Of a stretch of DNA of 64,000 nucleotides, positions 53,690 through 64,000 are shown in pieces. This DNA is from Bugula neritina (taxonomy: Eukaryota; Animalia; Bryozoa). The notes beneath the pieces are model-generated. The model worked only from the letters and a program-made list of their open reading frames with translations, ran no database searches and was not told the DNA's origin. The stretch lies in assembly GCA_964035545.1 (NCBI GenBank), contig OZ037766.1, positions 33,346,773 through 33,410,772 on the forward strand. The letters run 5' to 3'. Position numbers and translations under genes: made by a program. The first letter of the stretch is position 1. Each line of letters starts with the position of its first letter.

Positions 53690-56600
53690 ATGAGTGGGTT
53701 AGAGTTGTCTGATCTATACAGAGATCTGCAAAGAGCAGGTCATGGAATCTCCAAGAATAGTCCCTTGATGACTAGTTGTGAGAGTGAGCTGTCGGAGTTG
53801 ATTAGACAAATTGACATCATGTTCAAGTGAGTGCTTTCTCTCTACTGTATCTCTGTACTGTATCTCTCTACTGTATCTCTCTACTGTATCTCTCTACTGT
53901 ATCTCTCTACTGTATCTCTCTACTGCATCTCTCTACTGTATCTCTCTACTGTATCTCTCTACTGTATCTCTCTACTGTATCTCTCTACTGTATCTCTCTA
54001 CTGTATCTCTCTACTATATCTCTCTACTGTATCTCTCTACTGTATCTCTCTCTACTGCATCTCTCTACTGTATCTCTCTACTGTATCTCTCTACTGTATC
54101 TCTCTACTGTATCTCTCTACTGCATCTCTCTACTGTATCTCTCTACTGTATCTCTCTACTGTATCTCTCTACTGTATTAGATAGCTTTCATTAGTTAAAA
54201 CTGTTGTGGTCACATCGCAGGTCTAAAAAGAATGAATGGCAGAGAGAAAAGACAACCTATGAGCTGAAAGTAGAAACTAAATCTCGGGAAGTACAGCTTC
54301 AGCAGGAGAGTATCGACAGGAAAAACCAGGAGGTAGAAATCAGTTGACTGTCTACGTTTCTGATTCATGTAGTCTGTATAGTATAGTATAACTAGTATAT
54401 AGTCTGTGTATAACTAGTATATAGTATGTGTATAGTATGTATATAATCTGTATATAGTATGTGTATAACTAGTATATAATCTGTGTATAGTATGTATATA
54501 ATCTGTATATAGTATGTGTATAACTAGTATATAATCATTCAGATAACTAGGCTGAGGGAACATGCCATGCTGGCAGAAAAGGAAGACAAGAAACTTATCT
54601 CAGACTACCAGCTGCAGGTGGAACAACTACATAAAGATCTGATGTTACTCAAGAAACAGTACGAGAAGATGAGAAACAAACATCAGAAAGAGAAGGTGAA
54701 ACTGACAGCAGAGGTGAGTCATTAGACAAAGTGAAACTATGTAAAGCACAGTGACAAAGTGAAACTAACACACAATTACAAAGCACACAGTGACAGAGGT
54801 ATTGAAATGTATTGAACATGTTTGTATAATATTAGTTAGACAGTTGCCTGATTGAGTTAAATTCTACTACTGATAAAGCACAGGTAACATTCACCAGCTT
54901 AGTCTTGTTCATTTCATGAATTTATATTCAAATTACTTTCACTTCTCTGTTTACTAACATTCATTTGAATATGTTTTTCTCCTTTGTATTGGCCTAACTG
55001 TGGTCTTGTTAATGAGCTTTTATGAGTCCATTTCTTTCAACTCTAACAGATGTTCATTGTGTTATGTAATAGTATAAACAACTTAGGTGTTGTAAACTAT
55101 ATTTTCAAATTTATATTGTGACATCAGATTGTGTCTCAAATCTGTGCTATTTGAATTGTTAGTTTCTTAGACATACTATGTTAATTTATACACTGTGTAA
55201 TATACTGTGTAATATACTGTGTAATATACTACCTATACAGTGTAATATACTATGTTATACAGTGTAATATACTAACTACACTGTGTAATATACTAACTAT
55301 ACTGTGTAATATACTGTGTAATATACTGTGTAATATACTACCTATACAGTGTAATATACTGTGTAATATACTAACTATACTGTGTAATATACTGTGTAAT
55401 ATACTGTGTAATATACTACCTATACAGTGTAATATACTGTGTAATATACTAACTATACTGTGTAATATACAGTGTAATATACAGTGTAATATACTAACTA
55501 TACAGTGTAATATACAGTGTAATATACCGTGTAATATACTAACTATACAGTGTAATATACTAACTATACTATGTAATATACTGTTTAATATACTATGTAA
55601 TGTAGAAATATGAACTGGAGACGAATAATATGGTGAAAGATAAGAAGCAGCTGCAGTTTGAGGTGGACAGATTACTCAGTACTGTAAAGTCTCTAAGTGA
55701 GTATCTCGTACTTTAACTAGTTACTGAGTACTACTGGTTACTGAGTACTACTAGTTACTGAGTGCTACTAGTTACTGAGTACTACTAGTTACTGAGTACT
55801 ACTAGTTACTGAGTGCTACTAGTTACTGAGTATTACTGGTTACTGAGTGCTACTAGTTACTGAGTATTACTATATACTGAGTACTACTAGTTACTGAGTA
55901 CTACTAGTTACTGAGTACTACTAGTTACTGAGTACTACTGGTTACTGAGTACTACTAGTTACTGAGTACTACTAGTTACTGAGTACTACTATATACTGAG
56001 TATTACTAGTTACTGAGTACTACTGGTTACTGAGTACTATTAGTTACCGAGTACTACTGGTTACTGAGTACTACTGGTTACTGAGTACTACTAGTTACTG
56101 AGTACTACTGGTTACTGAGTACTACTGGTTACTGAGTACTACTAGTTACTGAGTACTACTAGTACTATAGTATGTAGAACCCTTGAAATGGATATTCCAG
56201 TAAACCAACTTTCCACTCTGCTTTCAGCTGAGAAGTGTGAGTTGATGGAACAGCAAGGCAGCACCTATCAAGACCAGCTGGTCAAACGTAACCAAATGAT
56301 TGGTGACATTGAGGCTAACCTCAGGTCTGTACGGCTGTTTAGTGTACTGTCTGATATTGAGGGTGACTCTCGCTCCACCCTTCTATTCTGATAGCCTAAG
56401 AAACCCACTTGTTCTGTACTTGTACCTGTCATTCTACAGAATTACTATCTCTTTAGAACTTCTGGTAGTGTTGTATTACACAGTACATTGGAGTTGTCTG
56501 CACACTGTAACAAACATTACTTCTATGTAAGTATGTAGTGTAGGTACATACAGCGTAAGTATATGTAGTGTAGGTATATAGTGTAAGTACACAGTGTAAG

Positions 56601-59600
56601 TATACAGTGTAAGTATATAGTGTAAGTACATAGTGTAAGTGTATAGTGTAAGTATATAGTGTAAGTACATAGTGTAAGTATGTAGTGTAAGTATATAGTG
56701 TAAGTGTGTAGTGTAAGTATATAGTGTAAGTACATAGTGTAAGTATATAGTGTAAGTGTGTAGTGTAAGTATATAGTGTAAGTGTATTACAGAGCCGAAC
56801 TGGCCACCATCAGATCTCAACTACACGAGGCGGAGGATAGAGAATCGGAGAGAAACGTGGAGATTGCTCGTCTCAAGGCCGACCTGAATCACTGGAAGAA
56901 TAAGTCAACCAAACTGAGTAAAGAACTGCAGACGTCTGAGGAGCTGCTGAAGAAAGCAAATTCTACAGTTGGTGTGAGTAGAGAGAGAATATTCTACAGT
57001 TGGTGTGAGTAGAGAGAGTATATTCTACAGTTGGTGTGAGTAGAGAGAGTGTATTCTACAGTTAGTGTGAGTGTAGAGAGTATATTCTACAGTTAGCATG
57101 AGTGTAGAGAGAGAGTATATTCTACAGTTAGTGTGAGTAGAGAGAGTATTCTACAGTTAGTGTGAGTGTAGAGAGTATATTCTACAGTTAGCGTGAGTGT
57201 AGAGAGAGAGTATATTCTACAGTTGGTGTGAGTAGAGAGAGTATATTCTACAGTTAGTGTGAGTAGAGAGAGTATATTCTACAGTTAGTGTGAGTAGAGA
57301 GAGTATATTCTACAGGTAATGTGAGTAGAGAGAGTATATTCTACAGTTAGTGTGAGTGTAGAGAGTATATTCTACAGTTAGTGTGAGTGTAGAGAGTGTA
57401 TTCTACAGTTAGTGTGAGTTGATGTCAATGTAAATGGAGATGAACATGTATATGATTCACTGTTCTCTACAGACTCTACAGTCACACAATGATGGACTGA
57501 ATGCAGAATTAAAGGCACAGGGCAGCAACCTACACATGGCCACCAGGGGGCAGCACTGCCAAGAGAAGGAAATGGTCAAACTTAGAGATATGATTATTGA
57601 GAAAGATAAGACTATCCGGTGAGTGTTGAGATTGAGAACAGTACATCTCTCTACTCTCTACTATCATATGATATATACTTATACAGTACATCTCTCTACT
57701 CTCTACTATCATATGATATATACTTATACAGTACATCTCTCTACTATCATATGATATATACTCATACAGTACATCTCTCTACTCTCTACTATCATATGAT
57801 ATATACTCATACAGTACATCTCTCTACTCTCTACTATCATATGATATATACTCATACAGTACATCTCTCTACTCTCTACTATCATATGATATATACTCAT
57901 ACAGTACATCTCTCTACTCTCTACTATCATATGATATATACTTATACAGTACATCTCTCTACTCTCTACTATCATATGATATATACTCATACAGTACATC
58001 TCTCTACTCTCTACTATCATATGATATATACTCATACAGTACATCTCTCTACTCTCTACTATCATATGATATATACTCATACAGTACATCTCTCTACTCT
58101 CTACTATCATATGATATATACTCATACAGTACATCTCTCCACTCTCTACTATCATATGATATATACTTATACAGTACATCTCTCTACTATCTACTATCAT
58201 ATGATATATACTCATACAGTACATCTCTCTACTCTCTACTATCATATGATATATACTCATACAGTACATCTCTCTACTCTCTACTATCATATGATATATA
58301 CTCATACAGTACATCTCTCTACTCTCTACTATCATATGATATATACTTATACAGTACATCTCTCTACTATCTACTATCATATGATATATACTCATACAGT
58401 ACATCTCTCTACTCTCTACTATCATATGATATATACTTACACAGTACATCTCTCTACTCTCTACTCTCATATGATATATACTCATACAGTACATCTCTCT
58501 ACTCTCTACTATCATATGATATATACTCATACAGTACATCTCTCTACTCTCTACTATCATATGATATATACTCATACAGTACATCTCTCTACTCTCTACA
58601 GTCTACTATCATATGATATATACTCATACAGTACATCTCTCTACTCTCTACTATCATATGATATATACTCATACAACTTGTTCAACACTTTAGCTCACTG
58701 CTGGATAAAAACCACCTGAATGAGTCAACAGCACTGGATGTGTTGAAACAGGACCTTCTGAAAGTTGATTTGGAAAACAGGTACTTGTCTTTAGACTATT
58801 GTGTCTATACATCTAGTAGATTATGTCTATACATCTAGTAGATTATGTCTACACATCTAGTAGATTATGTCTATACATCTAGTAGATTATGTCTATACAT
58901 CTAGTAGATTGTGTCTACACATCTAGTGAATTATGTCTACATACAGTATATCGTAATGTTCTATCAGAGAACTGAAGGCCAAAGAAGCAGAATTTAGGAC
59001 AGAAGTTACCAGACTACAAGCTGAATGTACTTCACTCATCAAGAGACTGGATAATACTGACCAGGAGTGTCTCTCATTGAGAGAACAACTCCACAAGAAG
59101 GTGAGTTTCTCAACTGTAATACGCTGTGATGCATTTACTGTACATACTATAACTCACACTTTCTATGTGATCTGTGTTTAAGGAAACTGAGCTAAGAGAG
59201 ACGGAGGACCAGAGACTGCGAGACCGTGACGCTAATCTTAATGAGGTAGTATAGTGTGTATAATACTGTATTACTTTATATAATACTGTATTACTTTATA
59301 TAATACTGTATTACGTACAAGTGTATAGTATAATACTGTATTACTTTATATAATACTGTATTACTTTATATAATACTGTATTACTTTATATAATACTGTA
59401 TTACTTTATATAATACTGTATTAATTTATATCATACTGTATTACTTTATATAATGCTGTATTACTTTATATAATACTGTATTACTTTATATAATACTGTA
59501 TTACATTATATAATACTGTATTACTTTATATAATACTGTATTACTTTATATAATACTGCATTACTTTATATAATACTGTATTACTTTATATAATACTGTG

Positions 59601-62600
59601 TTACATTATATAATGCTGTATTACTTTATATAATACTGTATTACTTTATATAATACTGTATCACTTTATATAATGCTGTATTACTTTATATAATACTGTA
59701 TTACATTATATAATACTGTATTACATTATATATTACTGTATTACTTTATATAATACTGTATTACATTATATATTACTGTATTACTTTATTTAATACTGTA
59801 TTACTTTATATAATACTGTATTACATTATATATTACTGTATTACTTTATATAATACTGTATTACATACAAGTGTACAGTATAATACTGTATTACGTACAA
59901 ATGTATAGTATAATACTGTATTACATACAAGTGTATAGTATAATACTGTATTACATACAAGTGTATAATATAATACTGTATTACTTACGAGTATATAATA
60001 TAATACTGTATTACATACGAGTGTATAATATAATACTGTATTACATACAAATGCACTAATTCATGAGACTCTTTCAGCTACAGGAGAAAATATTCAGTCT
60101 GAAATCAGATCATGATGCTGAAGTTACAGAGTTGAGGAAAGAGTTGCAGAATGTTAGAGCTCAGTTGTGTGAGACTTTGAGGTCAGTGAAGTATAGTAGT
60201 GGTACTAACTTACAATAGTACTAGTAGTAGTACTAGTAGTAGTACTAGTAGTAGTACTAGTAGTAGTAGTAATAGTAGTTGTAGTTGTAAGATTACTGGT
60301 AGTAGTAGTAGTACTAGTGGTAGTAGCAGCAGTAGTAATAGTAGTTGTAGTTGTAAGATTACTGGTAGTAGTAGTAGTACTAGTGGTAGTAATATTACTG
60401 GTAGTAGTAGTAGTACTAGTGGTAGTAATATTACTGGTAGTAGTAGTAGTACTAGTGGTAGTAATATTACTGGTAGTAGTAGTAGTACTAGTGGTAGTAG
60501 TATTACTGGTAGTAGTACTACTACTACTACCAGTAATATTACTACCACTACTACTACTACTACTACTACCAGTAATATTACTACTTAGTAATATTACTGG
60601 TAGTAGTAGTAGTACTAATAGTAGTAGTAGTAGTAGTAGTAGTAGTAATATTACTGGTAGTAGTGCTAGTAGTAGTTATAGTAGTCTACTATAGCTGATG
60701 CTTTCAATTCCCAGTCGGAACAACCAGACTTGTCTCATGACAACTTTCTCTGAGGGAGACGATTCCCGTATGGATGCTGTGAACGCTGCGATTGGTGAAA
60801 GTCATGCTGCAGCAGATCTGAGGCTAACCCAACAGCAACTTACTGCTCTGAGGCTAGAAAATCAGCATCTACAGGAGCAGGTATTTATATACTACTCTTT
60901 ATATACTCTCTGTCTATATTCTACTGTCTATATACTACTTTCTATATACTACTGTCTATATACTACTGTCTATATACTACTGTCTATATACTACTGTCTA
61001 TATTCTACTGTCTATATACTACTGTCTATATACTACTCTCTATATACTACTCTCTATATACTACTCTCTATATACTACTGTCTATATACTACTGTCTATA
61101 TTCTACTGTCTATATACTACTTTCTATATACTACTCTCTATATACTACTGTCTATATACTACTCTCTATATACTACTCTCTATATACTACTGTCTATATA
61201 CTACTGTCTATATACTACTGTCTATATACTACTGTCTATATACTACTGTCTATATTCTACTGTCTATATATGTACTACTATATACTCTGCAGGTACTGAA
61301 CTCTAAAGATGCAGGACACAGCGTAAGACAAGCACAAAGGCATCTCACCGATATCCAGAGCTCATATGACAACACAGTAGAGAAGTTAAAGGTAGTTATA
61401 CTTCAGTGTCTGTGTTATACTTGAGTGTTTGTGATATACCTGAGTGTCTGTGATATATCTGAGTGTTTGTGATATATCTGAGTGTCTGTGATATACCTGA
61501 GTGTTTGTGTTATAGCTTAGTGTCTGTGTTATATCTTCGTGTCTGTGATATACCTGAGTGTTTGTGTTATACCTGAGTGTTTGTGATATACCTGAGTGTC
61601 TGTGTTATACCTTAGTGTTTGTGATATACCTGAGTGTCTGTGTTATACCTGAATGTCTGTGTTATACCTGAGTGTCTGTGTTATACCTGAGTGCCTGTGT
61701 TATACCTGAGTGTCTGTGTTATACCTGAATGTCTGTGTTATACCTGAATGTCTGTGTTATACCTGAGTGTCTGTGTTATACCTGAGTGTCTGTGTTATAC
61801 CTGAGTGTCTGTGTTATCTGTGTTATACCTGAGTGTCTGTGTTATACCTGAATGTCTGTGTTATACCTGAGTGTCTGATATACCTGAGTGTCTGTGTTAT
61901 ACCTGAGTGTTTGTGTTATACCTGAATGTCTGTGTTATACCTGAGTGTTTGTGATATACCTCAGTGTCTGTGTTATACCTGAATGTCTGTGATATATATA
62001 CCTGAGTGTCTGTGTTATACCTGAGTGTTTGTGATATATCTGAGTGTTTGTGATATAGCTGAGTGTTTGTGATATACCTGAGTGTCTGTGTTATATCTGA
62101 GTGTCTGTGATACAGGCGGATAACGATAGACTCCACGCAGATGTTGCTAAACTCAGAAGTGAAATGAAGACCAAGGAGGAGAGTTATCATCACAGATACA
62201 GGAAGTTACTGCAGGATATGCAGCTCGACATTGAAAGGTGAGTCAGTGTATATTACTAAGTGAGAGATTATATTACTAGGTGAGAGAGTATATTACTAGG
62301 TGAGAGTGTATATTACTAGGTGAGAGTATATATTACTAGGTGAGAGTGTATATTACTAGGTGAGAGAGTATATATTACTAAGTGAGAGAGTATATATTAC
62401 TAGGTGAGAGTGTATACTACTAGGGGAGAGAGTATATATTACTAGGTGGGAGTGCATATATTACTGGGTGGGAGGGTATATTACTAGGTGAGAGAGTATA
62501 TATTACTAAGTGAGAGAGTATATATTACTAGGTGAGAGTGTATATTACTAGGTGGGAGAGTATATTACTAGGTGAGAGAGTATATTACTAGGTGAGAGAG

Positions 62601-64000
62601 TATATATTACTATACGTATGCTACAGGAGAGAAGCCAGGCTGCTAGAAGAACACACTCTCAATCAGTCGAGGCTCCAGGACTCACAAGATGCCAAACTGG
62701 AAGTCCGGGAGGCCGTCTACCGACAGGAAATGGGGTCTCTACGAGCTCAGAAGAGTCTGCTGATGGAGCGTCTTGGAGAGTCTGTAGATGAGGTTAGCAG
62801 ATACAAGGAGGAGAATAGAGGTGAGTATTCTGTGACTACAGACCATGTGCGTCTCTTACAGCGTATACTCACACAGCTGTGTTATTCACTGTAGAGTATA
62901 GACTATACACTGTAGAGTATAGACTATACACTGTAGAGTATAGACTATACACTGTAGAGTATAGACTATACACTGTAGAGTATAGACTATACACTGTAGA
63001 GTATAGACTATACACTGTAGAGTATAGACTATACGCTGTAGAGTATAGACTATATGCTGTAGAGTATAGACTATACGCTGTAGAGTATAGACTATACGCT
63101 GTAGAGTATAGACTATACGCTGTAGAGTATAGACTATACGCTGTAGAGTATAGACTATACGCTGTAGAGTATAGACTATACGCTGTAGAGTATAGACTAT
63201 ACGCTGTAGAGTATAGACTATACACTGTAGAGTATAGACTATACACTGTAGAGTATAGACTATACACTGTAGAGTATACACTATACACTGTAGAGTATAG
63301 ACTATACACTGTAGAGTATAGACTATACACTGTAGAGTATAGACTATACGCTGTAGAGTATAGACTATACGCTGTAGAGTATACACTATACACTCAGTCT
63401 ACCCTGTGTACTGTATAGCCTCTGTTCTCTCTCATCATAGACTTGGCTCATGAAAATCAGCTGATGTCGTCGTTCACTGGTAACATCTCGGACATGTTGG
63501 CCATGGCCAGCTCTAGTAAATGTGATGCCAACAACAGTCAGTATAACTCGGCATTCGATGAACAGACAACAGGTTCGTTTCCCTCAACTCACTTTACTCT
63601 CGACATGTTTGTCGTTTAGTCTGTCTGTCTGTCTATCTGTTAGTCTGTCTGTTAGTCTGTCTGTATGTCTCTAACTGTTTGCTGATTTGCTCCTGCAGAC
63701 TTCCTGCCATTTGGTGCGAGTCCCGACCCGGTGAGACGTCTGATTGGCGATGAGACGCTCAACAGCACTCTCCGAGACAGTCACACTCACTCCAGTCCCT
63801 CAAAGTCTGCCAGGTCTAATGACCACCACAACTCTACCTCCACACCAAAGAAAGCCAGCATGAACCGGTCTCCATACGACACACGAGGTCAGGTTTCAAG
63901 GTCGTCTCGCTCTCACAACTCCTCAAAGTCTTCCAGCCACAAGTCCAGGTCTTCCAATCACGACCAGCGTGCAGCGTCGCCCCTCAGCAGGAAGTCTCAG
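53690..64000 (+). CDS. CEP63: Centrosomal protein CEP63/DEUP1-like coiled-coil protein, 3'-truncated
   Basis: Exons 53690-53826, 54221-54332, 54543-54713, 55606-55696, 56228-56324, 56793-56973, 57473-57618, 58694-58780, 58968-59100, 59183-59245, 60078-60181, 60715-60880, 61293-61391, 62116-62237, 62627-62820, 63441-63572, 63699->64000, all in frame. N-terminal LMTSCESELSELIRQIDIMFKSKKNEW and LKKQYEKM match the CEP63/DEUP1 signature. Confidence 0.85.
53835..63392. repeat. Series of distinct intron-private minisatellites in CEP63 (e.g. 53835-54176, 55190-55600, 55716-56165, 56525-56785, 56959-57419, 57637-58675, 59260-60050, 60200-60680, 60900-61270, 61400-62112, 62245-62610, 62888-63392)
   Basis: Direct reading; no unit is shared between introns. 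Confidence 0.92.

Overview
AT-rich, intron-rich genomic DNA from a bilaterian invertebrate (a spiralian such as a bryozoan is my guess from sequence style only, unverified). Most ORFs in the supplied track are translations of tandem repeats. Manual splicing gives seven genes: the 3' part of Dixin/DIXDC1 (+); the ParaHox gene Cdx/caudal (-), with no Xlox or Gsx nearby; two related Ig-like cell-surface genes (-), one a transmembrane receptor with a tyrosine-motif-rich, kinase-less tail and one probably GPI-anchored, sharing an unusual 4-Cys Ig-like domain; a degenerate class-A orphan GPCR (+); PLRG1 (-); and the 5' part of CEP63/DEUP1 (+). Mobile DNA comprises two inverted copies of a ~1.3 kb TA-duplicating non-autonomous TIR element and one tRNA-derived SINE. 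Two signals stand out. (1) About 42 of 51 coding introns carry their own private minisatellite, and many are amplified copies of the adjacent exon-intron junction, giving arrays of decoy donors/acceptors and back-to-back GT..AG mini-introns. (2) The paired Ig-like genes look like an immune/allorecognition receptor module. Exon boundaries were read by eye; repeat boundaries and copy numbers are approximate.
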